A DNA stretch of 64,000 nt from Myxococcales bacterium. Lineage in GTDB: Bacteria; Myxococcota_A; UBA9042. The stretch covers positions 64,001-128,000 of the forward strand of contig JBBISH010000004.1 in the NCBI GenBank assembly GCA_037441385.1, given 5' to 3'. Numbering within the stretch: position 1 is the first letter of the stretch; every line of letters starts with the position of its first letter. Below are positions 29,309-40,200 of this stretch, piece after piece. Both the position numbers and the translations under genes were made by a program. A model generated the notes under the pieces. The model was given only the letters and a program-made list of their open reading frames with translations. It was not told the DNA's origin and made no database searches.

Positions 29309-29773
29309 GGTGCTCCTGGTAGGGCTGGTTGGCGGCAGTGCGAGCTTTTTGACATTCACCACGTGGTCAATGACGAAAAGCTTGCAGGTGACCCGTCGTT
29401 GCGGGTGCGGCGGTTGCAGCCGATGGTGCGTTTGGGCGTTGGTTTTGGCAAGGGGGCGTTCGGCCGGCACGGCCAGGCGCCAGAGTAGGCGGGTTTCCAT
29501 GCCCGCCCGGTTCGTTCACGTGCCGAAGGTAGCCAGATCGCTGCCGGGCAGTGCTGGCGTGTGGTCCGGGTGGGGATGCGCGTCCGGCGCGTCAGGTTCC
29601 AGGGCGTGACTCACCAAAACGCGCCCAAGATCGGCCAGTTCTTGACGGTCCCCCGCCCTCGACCGCAGCATGAAAGATCGCGTCGCACCGCCGGATGCCA
29701 AGGCAAAGGTGGTGACGCAGCGGCAGCGAAAAGGAACTGGGGGCAATTTGTGCGCTTGCGTAGTGCGCCTGCG

Positions 29774-30035
29774 TTGGGGGGCATTTTCTACCCCCCAAAA
29801 ACAAAGGACTTTGGGCGTCCCGGCCCGGCGAACGGGAAGTTGGGGGGCAATTTCTGAATCCGCGCCGGGCCGTCGCGCTGCGGCCGCCGGTCGAAGGAAA
29901 GTCCTTCGAAACCCACACCGCGGGCTCCCGGCGGTGGCGACGCCTGCCCGGCGCCACCACCCCTGCGGGGCCAGCATCGCTGACGCACACCTGGATCACC
30001 CTGAGTAATTTCAACCGGTAGAAAATGCCCCCCAA
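29774..30035. repeat. 262 bp segment bounded by a perfect 19 bp inverted repeat with nested internal stems
   Basis: TTGGGGGGCATTTTCTACC (29774-29792) and GGTAGAAAATGCCCCCCAA (30017-30035), with inner complementary pairs 29804-29812/29898-29906 and 29821-29830/29863-29872. Confidence 0.85.
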
Positions 30036-30224
30036 TGGGTCGCGAGCGGTCGCCCGAAGGGTGAACGGGTCGCCCCAGTGGGGCAACCCGTAGCTGGGAC
30101 GACGTAGCAACGCCGAGTTGCGCCCAAAGCGGCGGATCGGGGCCCAGCCACCCGCTTGCCCAACCCGCCGCACCGGCCCACAATCGCAGCCCCAGCGCAC
30201 CTCTGCGCTCGCGAGAACCCTGCG

Positions 30225-31118
30225 ATGGCGACCGAAGCTCCCGTGTGGCTGCCGGCGGCCGATGGCTATAGCCTGGCCCTGCAAGGCGACAAAATCTTGT
30301 GTAAAAATGCCAAGGGTAAGGTCTTGACCAGCCTGCCCAAAGAACTGCGCGAGAGCGAGTCGGTCGAGGCACTGCAGGCCTTGCGCGACTGGCTTGGCAA
30401 CCACCGCAGCGAGTGCCTGGCTACGGCCGAGACCTGGCTGCTGCGCTCGCTGCCCGTGCCCCGCAGCGTGCTGGCGGCGGTCTGGCCCGATCCGGCGTGG
30501 CGGGCGGCGCTGGAACATGCCGTGGTGGCGCCGATCGACGCCGCTGGGCAGCCCGATTTCCTGGCGGCCGGCATCTTGCGCGCGGCCGACGCCCACAAGG
30601 GCCTGGGCATCGTGGATCTGGACGGCGAGACCCGCTGGCTGCAGTGCGAGACCGTCTTGATCCCGCATCCGATTTTGCTGCCAGAGCTTGCGGACTTCCG
30701 CGCCCTTTTGGGCGAACTGGGCCTTACACAGGGCCTGCCGCAGTTGTTCCGCGAGACTTTTGTCCGGCCGGCCGACTTGCCCGCAGACGAATCGAGCTGG
30801 GACGTCTACGCCGACGCCGAGTTCGAGGAGCTGCGGCACGCTCTGGCCCAATGCACCAAGCTGGGCTACCGGGTCACGGGCGGCTCGGCAGTGTGCAAGG
30901 TACTCGAGAACGGCCAAACCATCGAAGCGCGCTACTGGATCGGCGATGGCGACCCCGAGTGGGAAACCGAGACGGGTGAGTTGGTCTGGGTCGACGCCCA
31001 GGCCAACGGGCTGCACTTGCGCGAAGTGGGGCCGGTGGCGTGGTCCGAAGGCCTGCGCATGGCCGCGGCGATCTATGCGGCCCGTCACGTAGAAGGCGAG
31101 GAGGACCAAGATGCTTGA
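30225..31118 (+). CDS. DUF4132-domain protein
   Basis: NAKGKVLTSLPK, IPHP, QLFRETF and VGPVAWSEGLR motifs. First gene of a five-gene operon. Confidence 0.75.
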   Translation: MATEAPVWLPAADGYSLALQGDKILCKNAKGKVLTSLPKELRESESVEALQALRDWLGNHRSECLATAETWLLRSLPVPRSVLAAVWPDPAWRAALEHAVVAPIDAAGQPDFLAAGILRAADAHKGLGIVDLDGETRWLQCETVLIPHPILLPELADFRALLGELGLTQGLPQLFRETFVRPADLPADESSWDVYADAEFEELRHALAQCTKLGYRVTGGSAVCKVLENGQTIEARYWIGDGDPEWETETGELVWVDAQANGLHLREVGPVAWSEGLRMAAAIYAARHVEGEEDQDA

Positions 31119-34100
31119 TGCCACAGCACTTCTGCAGGCGGGCGCCTTGTTGCCGCTCCACGTCCAGACCGACGGCGCGGACCGAGTGGCGGCGCACAGC
31201 TTTGCCCATCCTGGGCTAGCCGATCCGGTCATTCGCTTGGTGCCCGAGGGGTTGGTGGCCGGCAGCGAAGCCGAGATGGAGGCCTTGGGCTTTGCCAAGC
31301 AAGGCGCGACACCCGCCCTGGCCTTGACGCGTCGGCGCGCCCCGGGCTTCCCGGGCTGGGCGCTGCTCCACGACCCCAAGAACGCCCGCTATGCCCTGGC
31401 AGTCGTGCAGGAGCTGAAGAAGGCGACGCGACGCATGACCAGCAAACCCGGCCACGCCAAAGACGCGTTGGTGGCGATTGCCCAGAAACTAAGCCGGAGC
31501 ACTCCGCATTTCTTGCCCAGCTACTGGGAGGAGTGTGCGCGCCTGTTCCTGGCGGCTGGCAATCGGACGTTTGCGGCGCAGTGCTTCGAAAAGGCCCGCG
31601 AGGCCGAGCGCCAGTATGGACTGCAAGTCGTGGAAGAAGTGCGGGCCGAGGCGTTTCTCGAGTTTGCCTTGGCGGGTGCCCTGACGGCGAAGTCCCTGGC
31701 GGCCTATGGCAAGTCGCTGCTGGAAATCCCGGACAAAGGCAAGGCGTTTGCCGCCTTTGCGCACCTGTGCCTCAAGCGAACCTTGGGCGGCATGCCGCCA
31801 TGGGCAGGCATGGCCAAGGACCTGCGCGGGCTGGCCAAGGCGGCCAAGCTCGATCCCGATGGCGAGGAGCTAAGCTTTATCACTCAGGTTCTGCATGCAC
31901 CGGCCTTGGTGCGCGCCCCAGCGGAGGTGTGGAAGGCTTGGCAAGCGCCGCTGAAGAAGCTGTGCGCCGCCCAGCCCGAGACGGTGGTGCAGTTGCTGGA
32001 CCTGTGGCCAAGGCCGCAAAAGGTAAGCGACGAGGCGGCTTTTGCCGAGCAGTGGTCGGCGCTGTTGGTCGAGTGCGGCGGCCGGGCGTGGCTGCAGCAG
32101 GCCCCCAAGGGCAAGCCCGCAGCGTGGCTGAGTAAGTTGCTGCGTTGGAGCGAAGACCACCCGCGCTATGTGTGCGATTGGCTGGGTTGGCTGGGGGCGC
32201 GGCTGGCCAGCGACCAAGTGCCCCTGGCGCTGGAAATCGACGTCGACGACGACGACGACCACTGGTACGGCGAGCTGGACGCGCGCTTCGTCGAGCTGGC
32301 GCTGACCCACGGTGTGCCGCTGGGCGAGAACGAGAACCTGAGCATCGACTTGCTACCCTGGGCGCAAGACGGCGAGACTGCAGAGGATTTGCCGCGCACC
32401 GTGGCCGACGCTCGCTTTGGGCCGCTGTTCCTTACGGCCTTGGACCGCGTGTTTGGCGAAGAGGCATTCGAAAAGGTCGCGCGCGGCAAGGTGGCGCTGC
32501 GTGCGGGCCGAGCGGCCTGGCTGGACAAGCACATCGGCGAACTGGGCGACGGCGCGCTGCTGAGCTGCGCGGATGCGTTGGAAACCCTGGAAGAAAAGAC
32601 CAGCCCAGAGCTGTTTGGCGAGTTCCCCGAAGCGCTCGAGAAGCTCCGTGCCGTCGCGGTGGCGCCGCTGCTGCAAAAGGTCTTGAATGCCGGCGTGTTC
32701 GATGAGCTGGGCTGGCCGGCGCTGGAAGCGGTGGTGGCCGAACTGCGCGGCACTGGCAAGACGCCCGCCGACGTGGAAGTAAGCGGCGCCTACCCGTGGC
32801 TGGTGGCCCACAACTTCAAGCGCGCGGTGGTGGTGGGGCCGAACGGTCCGGTCTTCAGCCACGACCTGAAACTGCCCAAAGGCGGGCGGCTTTTTGGCCT
32901 GCGCTACGCGTGCGGGCAGTTGCTGGTCGTGTTCCGCAACAGCGACTACGACGGCAAGGCCTACTGGTCCAGCAAACCCGCCGAGCTTTTGGACGTAGAG
33001 AACGAGTACTCGTGGCGCGGTGTGCGCCGCACCGGCGTGATCCTCGCCGATGGCAGCTTCTGCAACGGCGGCAAGGCCTTGCGCCCCGGTATGGCGGGCG
33101 ACGGCGGCGGCGAGACGCTGCTCAGCGATGGCCGTTCGTGCTGGGTGTGGGACGACGGCCGCCGCGACGGCAAGGACCGTGTCGCGCCGGGCTGGTGCCT
33201 GCTGGATCCCCAGACGGGCAAGCAAGGTGAACGCAACACGCCGCCGTGGCTAGCGATCCCGCTGCCGGGCGGCACGCGCTGGGGCGACTACGACGACCAG
33301 CAGTGGCTGCCGGCGCCCGCAGGCCTACAAAGCTCGCCGTTGGGCTTGGCCGACGGGCAAGTGGGCGTGCGGATTTGGGAGTCGATTCCGCCCAAGACCG
33401 GCCCGGACGCGGGCGACGAAGGTGTCGTGGAATGGATGGTGGCCGAAGGCATCGACGGCCGGCGCTGGCACGGCTTTGTCGACGGCGACGAACCGAACGG
33501 GCTGCTGCGCTACCCCGGCAGCGAGCAAGTGCTGGCCGCGGTGGGCGATAGCGACGTGGCGGTCTGGCAGGGTGCGGGCGAAGACGACGACGCGGTCAAG
33601 ATCCAAGACGTGGACGAAGACGACGACGACCGGCCGGCTGGCACGCCGTTGCTGCCGCCGCTGGCGTTTTGGCACTTCATGCAAACGCGCGACCTGCAAG
33701 GGAGTCAGGCGCTGCGCGCGCTGAATGGCGCCACTGCGCAGGCGCTGTTGGACGCGGGGGTGGCCCACGCCAACCAGGCACAGGACAAGAAGGAAGACGA
33801 CGAGGCCGAGCTGCCGCTGGAGGTCGTGGCCCGCGTGATGCCCGCCCTGAACCACCCTGGCTTGCAGGCCGGCGTGGCGCAACAGGTGGCCTTCGCGGCC
33901 GATCTGCAGGTTCGGCTGGGCAAGCTGACCAGCGCCAGCGAGGAAGTGGCGGCGGTCACCGACGGGCTAGGGGAGTTCAACGACAACGACATCCAAGAGG
34001 CCATTGGCCGGCAGTTCTTGGGTCACCGCTACGGCTACTCCGAACTGGCGCAAAGTATGGCGGCCGCGCGAGCGCAGCTAGAGGTCCTGCCGCCTGCCGG

Positions 34101-36087
34101 TGGCCATGCTCTGCCCGCCAGCGACTTGCCGTGGCTGGAATGGGTGGGGCAAGAGAACACCCTGATCGCGCTGGCCTGTTCGGTTGGCGCGGCCCACCGC
34201 GAAAACGCCAAGCCAAACCTTCTGGCTTTGCTGCGGCGTTTGGCGGCGATGCCGTGGACCCAGGCGCCAGGGCAGTTCGAACGGCAGAAGCTGAGTTTTG
34301 CCAGCGATCGTCCAGACTTTGTGCTCTTGGGCGAGTTCGACGAAGAGGACTACGAGCCCGAAGATCCCAAGCCGGTGGCGGCCAGTTGGGTCTACAGCGA
34401 TGGCCAGCGTGCCTGGATCGTGCAGCGCACCAGCGACGACACGGATCGGCCCATCGAGCTGTACTGCCTGCATTTTGCGCCGACCGGCGAATTTGCGCTG
34501 CCCGAAGGGACCACCTCCGCCGAGCGCACACCGCTGCCTGGGGCCCCGTGGCGAGAACGGCTGGAGACGGCGATTTCCCTAGCCGAGACACATGATTTCA
34601 GTGTGTTGCCCGCTGGCGTGGCCGAGGCGTTGGCCGAGCGCACCGGGCTGTCGCGGCCCGAGGCGGCGTGGCTCTGGGCCGGACTGCCGGTGGTGAGCCG
34701 CTATGCCGCCGATTTCATGGGCAAGCCGCTCCGCGACGCGCTGGGTCTGAAGCTGGCCGAGGCCAAGGCCGCCAAGACCAGCCTGGGGGATCTGGAGAGC
34801 GGGCCGCTGTGGGCCATGTTTGCCGCAGCGCTGCCCGAGGATCCGGCCGGACTGCGCGAGCCGCTGCAAGGCAGTCCAAGCCCCGTCGAGCGATTCGCCC
34901 AGGCATACGCGGACTCGCAGGGCAAGCGTGTGCCGCTGCCGCCGGAGCTCTTGACCGAGGTCGAGCGGCGCCTGAGCCCGGACCTGGACACGCGCGAGCT
35001 GTTGACGGCGCTGGCAGATCCCGGCCTGCCGTCGCCGTTTGCCCGCGACGCGGCTTGGACCATGGACGCCTATGGCAGCGTGGATCAAGCCGATGCAGTC
35101 CCGTCCCCCTTTGACCTGGAGGCAGCAACCTCGCTGGCCAAGTTGGTGCCGTTCGTGGCCACGCAGCTGGCCGCGGGCGACCCGATGCGATCGCGGCTGG
35201 CCGAGCTGACCGACCTGGCGCGGCAGAGACTTGCCAACCCCAACCTGCTGTTTTCGCTGGACACGTGGTATGGCGAGGACCGCGGCAAGAAGAAGCGCAA
35301 GGCCTGGTTCGAGGCCCTGGGCGGCGAGCCGTTTGCGCCCAAGCTGGAAGACGCCGAAGCCAAGCCCCCGCTGGGGCGCGACGCCGGGTTGGTACTGGCA
35401 GTTCTGGACGACGATGCCTGCCCCAGCGCCGCCTGGCGGCCGGCACGCGTGCGCGACGAGCACGATTGGCAGCAATTGCAGGGCATTGTCGACCTGTTCA
35501 GCGAGGGCAGCGACGGTGCACTCGACGAGGGGCTGGCCGCGGTGCGGTTCCTGCAGAGTGCGGGGTGTCTGGCCCTGGCGGCGCGCGCGACAGCCTGTCC
35601 ACTGCCGGCGGGCATGTGGGAGCAGAACCCACTGCAGTCGGCACCCGAGGTCGTGGCCGCGGCGCAAAAGCAGCTGAAATCATCGCAAGATGCCGCCGTT
35701 CTGTACCTGCAGCTGCTGACCCTGGCCGCGCCCACCCAGCGCGACGTGCTGGTGTGGAATGGCTGGAAGGCGCCCCAATACAAGAAGGCGGCCGAGGAGT
35801 TGGCCAGCCTGGGCCTGATTCTGACCGGAAAGCGGGCACGGGCCGGACGCGACTGGTTCTTGCCGGGTGGCTGGGAGGAATTGCCCAGTCCGGACCTGCC
35901 GCTAGAGAGCTGGAAGGTGCCGCTCTACGGCCTGCACCGCAAGAACAATGGCAAGTTGCAGGCTCCGCTGGGGTGGGTTGCGCCGCTGCGGCCGCTGCAC
36001 GAACTGTTTGCCCAAGCCTGGGAGCGGGTGGCCGCGGGCGACGTGCCAGCGCTAGAGAAGGCGCGGGCGGTCAAGGGAAAAATCTAG
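31111..36087 (+). CDS. Giant (1658 aa) protein of unknown function, of the type found in actinobacterial DUF4132/AAA/vWA operons
   Basis: Long ORF overlapping the upstream gene, with N-terminal GFPGWALLHDPKNARYAL...PHFLPSYWEE and C-terminal AAVLYLQLL.L..P....V..WNGW...KRARAGR.WFLPGGW...PLESWK. Confidence 0.75.
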   Translation: MLDATALLQAGALLPLHVQTDGADRVAAHSFAHPGLADPVIRLVPEGLVAGSEAEMEALGFAKQGATPALALTRRRAPGFPGWALLHDPKNARYALAVVQELKKATRRMTSKPGHAKDALVAIAQKLSRSTPHFLPSYWEECARLFLAAGNRTFAAQCFEKAREAERQYGLQVVEEVRAEAFLEFALAGALTAKSLAAYGKSLLEIPDKGKAFAAFAHLCLKRTLGGMPPWAGMAKDLRGLAKAAKLDPDGEELSFITQVLHAPALVRAPAEVWKAWQAPLKKLCAAQPETVVQLLDLWPRPQKVSDEAAFAEQWSALLVECGGRAWLQQAPKGKPAAWLSKLLRWSEDHPRYVCDWLGWLGARLASDQVPLALEIDVDDDDDHWYGELDARFVELALTHGVPLGENENLSIDLLPWAQDGETAEDLPRTVADARFGPLFLTALDRVFGEEAFEKVARGKVALRAGRAAWLDKHIGELGDGALLSCADALETLEEKTSPELFGEFPEALEKLRAVAVAPLLQKVLNAGVFDELGWPALEAVVAELRGTGKTPADVEVSGAYPWLVAHNFKRAVVVGPNGPVFSHDLKLPKGGRLFGLRYACGQLLVVFRNSDYDGKAYWSSKPAELLDVENEYSWRGVRRTGVILADGSFCNGGKALRPGMAGDGGGETLLSDGRSCWVWDDGRRDGKDRVAPGWCLLDPQTGKQGERNTPPWLAIPLPGGTRWGDYDDQQWLPAPAGLQSSPLGLADGQVGVRIWESIPPKTGPDAGDEGVVEWMVAEGIDGRRWHGFVDGDEPNGLLRYPGSEQVLAAVGDSDVAVWQGAGEDDDAVKIQDVDEDDDDRPAGTPLLPPLAFWHFMQTRDLQGSQALRALNGATAQALLDAGVAHANQAQDKKEDDEAELPLEVVARVMPALNHPGLQAGVAQQVAFAADLQVRLGKLTSASEEVAAVTDGLGEFNDNDIQEAIGRQFLGHRYGYSELAQSMAAARAQLEVLPPAGGHALPASDLPWLEWVGQENTLIALACSVGAAHRENAKPNLLALLRRLAAMPWTQAPGQFERQKLSFASDRPDFVLLGEFDEEDYEPEDPKPVAASWVYSDGQRAWIVQRTSDDTDRPIELYCLHFAPTGEFALPEGTTSAERTPLPGAPWRERLETAISLAETHDFSVLPAGVAEALAERTGLSRPEAAWLWAGLPVVSRYAADFMGKPLRDALGLKLAEAKAAKTSLGDLESGPLWAMFAAALPEDPAGLREPLQGSPSPVERFAQAYADSQGKRVPLPPELLTEVERRLSPDLDTRELLTALADPGLPSPFARDAAWTMDAYGSVDQADAVPSPFDLEAATSLAKLVPFVATQLAAGDPMRSRLAELTDLARQRLANPNLLFSLDTWYGEDRGKKKRKAWFEALGGEPFAPKLEDAEAKPPLGRDAGLVLAVLDDDACPSAAWRPARVRDEHDWQQLQGIVDLFSEGSDGALDEGLAAVRFLQSAGCLALAARATACPLPAGMWEQNPLQSAPEVVAAAQKQLKSSQDAAVLYLQLLTLAAPTQRDVLVWNGWKAPQYKKAAEELASLGLILTGKRARAGRDWFLPGGWEELPSPDLPLESWKVPLYGLHRKNNGKLQAPLGWVAPLRPLHELFAQAWERVAAGDVPALEKARAVKGKI

Positions 36088-36105
36088 TCGAATCGGGAGT
36101 GGACC

Positions 36106-37272
36106 ATGCCGACCGCGATGCAGGCGCCGCCGCCTGAGCTGACCTATGCGACCGAATTGGCGTTCTTGCAGGCCTGGGATCCGGGGCCGCGGCCGCCCGG
36201 CTGGCGGCTGACGCCGCAGGCCGTGGTGACTTTTGTGGTCGGCTCGCGCGGCGAGACCTTGAAGTTCAAGCGCTCGGCCGACGCGCCCGAAGGGGTGCCG
36301 CAAGCCCTGGTGATTGCCGAGAAGTACGTGGGCGAGCGGGCACTTGTCGAGCGGTGCGTGGTCACGCTGGCTGGCGAGCGCGGGCTGCTGCTCGTCGGCG
36401 AGCCGGGTACGGCCAAGTCGATGCTGTCCGAGTTGCTGGCGGCGGCGATCTCGGGGTCGAGCGCCCTGACCGTGCAAGGCACCGCCGGGACTCAGGAAGA
36501 AGCGCTGCGCTACAGCTGGAACTACGCGCTGCTCTTGGCCAAGGGACCGGTGCCCGAGGCGCTGGTGCCGTCGCCGCTGCTGGTGGCGATGCGGCGCGGG
36601 GCACTGGCACGCGTCGAAGAGATCACCCGCTGCCTGCCCGAAGTGCAAGACGCCCTGATCTCGCTGATGTCTGACCGGCGCTTGAGCGTGCCCGAACTGG
36701 GCGGCGACACCCAAGAGCACGCCCTGCCCGGCTTCAACGTCATCGCCACCGCCAACCTGCGCGACCGCGGCGTGAGCGAGATGTCGGCGGCGCTCAAGCG
36801 GCGTTTCAACTTCGAGACGGTGCCGCCGATTGCCGAGGCTGCGCGCGAGGTTGCCCTGGTGCGGCGCCAGGCCAAGGCCAGCCTGGAGCGGGTGGGGCAG
36901 CCGCTGCAAGTCGACGACCACGTGCTGGCGGCGCTGGTGACGGCCTTCCGCGACCTGCGCAACGGCCGCAGCGACGAGGGCTGGCTGGTCGAGAAGCCGG
37001 GCACGGTCATGAGCGCGGCCGAGGCCTGCAACGTGGCCAGTTCGCTGGGAGTTCAGCGCGCCTACTTTGCCGGGGCCGAGCCGACGGCGCTGCTGCCCGG
37101 CTACCTGCTGGGGGTGGTGGAGAAAGACGACCCCAAGGATCGCGGGCGGTTGCTGGCCTACTGGGATGGGCCGGTGCGGCGGCGGGCCGAGGCCGAGAAA
37201 GCGAGCGCGGGTGGCCCCGGTGTGTGGGCGCAGCTTTTCGCCCTGCGGTCGATCTTGGAAGCGCAAGGCTAG
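36106..37272 (+). CDS. MoxR-type AAA+ ATPase, YehL-like
   Basis: Walker A GEPGTAKS, YSWNYA, Walker B RVEEITR, and ATANLRDRGVSEMSAALKRRFNF. Confidence 0.9.
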   Translation: MPTAMQAPPPELTYATELAFLQAWDPGPRPPGWRLTPQAVVTFVVGSRGETLKFKRSADAPEGVPQALVIAEKYVGERALVERCVVTLAGERGLLLVGEPGTAKSMLSELLAAAISGSSALTVQGTAGTQEEALRYSWNYALLLAKGPVPEALVPSPLLVAMRRGALARVEEITRCLPEVQDALISLMSDRRLSVPELGGDTQEHALPGFNVIATANLRDRGVSEMSAALKRRFNFETVPPIAEAAREVALVRRQAKASLERVGQPLQVDDHVLAALVTAFRDLRNGRSDEGWLVEKPGTVMSAAEACNVASSLGVQRAYFAGAEPTALLPGYLLGVVEKDDPKDRGRLLAYWDGPVRRRAEAEKASAGGPGVWAQLFALRSILEAQG

Positions 37273-37275
37273 CAG

Positions 37276-40200
37276 ATGGCCCCGCAGCACCCCAACCCGG
37301 CCGACGTGCTGGCGATCCTGGCCCAAAGCCAGGCGCCGCACCTGATCGGCGTGCGTCACCACTCGCCCTCGCTCGCCGCGGCGATGCCGGCGCTGCTGGA
37401 GGCCGCCCAGCCCGACGTCTTGCTGCTGGAATTGCCTGCCGATCTGCAGAGTTGGCTGCCGTGGCTTGCCCATCCCGACACGGAGGCACCGGTGGCGCTG
37501 GCCGCCGAGGGAACCGCGTTCTACCCCTTTGCCGACTTTTCGCCCGAGCTGGCGGCGGTGCGTTGGTGCCAGCTGCACAGCGTGCCGGTCGTGGCGTTTG
37601 ATCGGCCCATTGGGGCAGAAGGGCTTGCAGATACTCAGGAAGCCGGGTCGCGTCTTGGGCTGGGCGAGCACTTGGAGCAGCAGGCCCAAGCCGCGAGCGC
37701 CGCCGATTTGTGGGACCAACTGGTCGAGGCGCGGGCCGCCGATTCGTCGGCCGAGGCGCTGCGACGGGCGGCGCTACTGGCGGGCTGGGCGCTGCGACTG
37801 GACGCCGGGGCGCTGGCTTGCCGCGATGCGGCCCGCGAAGCCCATATGCGACAAGTCCTTGCCGAGCAACAGGTCAAAGGCGTGCGACGACCTGTGGCTG
37901 TGGTCGGTTCGTTCCATGCGGCCGCCCTGATCGAGCCGGGCCCTGGCGATCCCTATCCCCGGGCGCCGGCGCCGACCGGGGCGGTGCGACCGGTGACTTC
38001 GGCGCTGTTGCCCTATGCTTTCGAGCTGTTCGATGATCGTTCCGGCTACCCGGCAGGGATCCGCGACCCGGCGTGGCGGCAGGCGCTGTGGTCGGCGTTG
38101 CCCCAGGGCGCGGCGGCCGTGCACGCGCGCACCGAAGAACTGTTGGTCGACATTGCCCGGCACTTGCGCAGCGAGCGGCACGTGGCTGGCCTGCCGGATG
38201 TGGCCGCGGCCACACAAATGACCCGAGATCTGGCGCAGTTGCGTGGCCTACCCGCCCCCGGACGCGCCGAACTGCTGCAGGCGGTCATGAGTGCACTGGG
38301 CCAAGGCGAGCCCCTGGGCCGCGGTCGGGTGCTGGCGCGGGCGCTGGAGTCGGTGTTGGTGGGCCGGCGGCGCGGGCGGGTGGCGCCGGGGGCCCCGCGT
38401 TGTGGACTGGCGCCGCACGTGGAAGCGCTGCTTCGGGAACTGAAGCTGCCCGGTCCAGACGAGGCAGGCAAGAATCCCCAGCAGGTGCGCCTGGATCCGC
38501 TGCGCTCGCCGCTGGACCGGCGCCGCCACGTCGCCCTGCATCAACTCGCGGCCTGCCAAGTGCCCTACGGCGAACTCCGGACCGGTGAAGGTGAATTCCT
38601 GACGGCGGTGTGGTCGCCGCAGTGGACGCCCGCCACCGAGGCCATGCTGGCGGTGGCAAGCCTGCGGGGGGCGACGCTGCCCCAAGCGGCCGAGGGCGCG
38701 CTGCGGGCCGAATACAAGCAGCGCTGTGAGCAAGGTGATCGCCAGGGCACCGCGCTACTGGACAGTCTTGAGCAGGCCGGCGAGTGCGGCTTGGTCGACT
38801 TGGCGGCCACGTGGGCAGGTGAACTTGTGGGGGTTTTGGGCAGCCAAGGCGAACTGGCCGAGCTGGTGCGGGCAGTGGGTTTGCACGACCGCATCGCGGC
38901 TGGGCATGTCGCGGGCCTTTTGATCGAGCCGGTCCGCTCCTGGTTCGCACCCGACACGCGCGTGGAGCTGCTGCGCGCGGCCGTTCGCCATCTGGAAGCG
39001 CTGGCGGGGGCCACGGATCTTGGCTCTGCGCAAGCGCTTTTAGAGCTTGTGCAACTGGCGGGCGAGCTGGACTCGGCGCGGTTGCGGGCGGCCCTGGACC
39101 AGTTGGCCGCGCAAGGCTCGCCCCTGATGCAGGGGGCGGCGGCGGCGGCAAAGGTTCATACAGGACAGGCGGATGCAACGTCCTTTGGCGTGGACGCGGC
39201 CTCGGTGTTCGACTGGACCGAGCCGCACGCCCGCGCGGGCTGGTGGCAGGGCGCGTGGGCCGTGGCTGGTGCACAGATCGAGGCGGACCCGGCGCTTTTG
39301 CAGCCCTTGGCGCAGCGGGTCGAGCAGACGGACGACGCGAGTTTCTTGCGCACTTTGCCCAGTCTTCGCGAAGGCTTTGAGGCCCTGTCGCCTGGGGCGC
39401 GCTCCCGCCTGCTGGAAGAGCTGGACAGTCGCCTGGGGCTGGGGCGCCAACTGGGTGAACTGCGGGCGGACCCCGCGTGGCTGGCCCAAGTGGCGGCTGC
39501 CGACGCCGCCGGGCAGCGTGCGGCCGAGGCCGTGTTTGGCCCCTGGGCGACACAAGAGCCTACCAGTACAGGGGAATCACCGATCGCCCCGACCGCGCAG
39601 TGGCCCGACCAGGTGGCGGGCGCCCTGTCCTCGGCCGATCGCTGGCGGCTGATCTTGGGGCGGCAAAACCAGCGTCGACTGTGTCAGCACGCCGCCGGAT
39701 TTGCCCACAGTTTGGAAGCGTTGTATGGCTTTGGCCAAGGCGAGGGCAGCGAAGGCGACCTGGCCGGCAGCGACCACGAGGCCCAGCCCACCGTGCGCGA
39801 GTGGGCGGGCGAGCTGGAGGCGCTGTTCGGGGCCGAGGTCCGCGAAGAGGTGCTGGCCCGGGCGGCCGAGCGAGGCGAGCCCCAAGCGGCGCTGGAATTG
39901 GATCCGGACCAAGTGCGGCCGTCGGTCGATCTGCTGCAGGCCATCTTGCAGCACAAAGGTGGGCTGGCCGAGGGGCAATTGACCCACTTGCGCAAGCTGG
40001 TCGACCGCATCATTGCCCAGCTGGTGCAAGAGCTTGCGGTGCGCCTGCGCCCTGCACTGTGTGGTTTGGGTACGCCCCAAGTGACGCGGCGCCCGCGCGG
40101 GCCCCTGGACCTGCGACGGACTCTGCAGGCCAACCTGCGCGGCGTGCGGCCCGACCGCGATCCGCCGCTGCTGCCCGAGACGTTCCGCTTCCGCACACGG

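Noticed and set aside
29774..30035. Tn3-like or other MITE call for the 19 bp inverted repeat, or a retron call
   Set aside because: No target-site duplication flanks it and no second copy, transposase or reverse transcriptase is in the window. It is kept only as an unexplained structured element.
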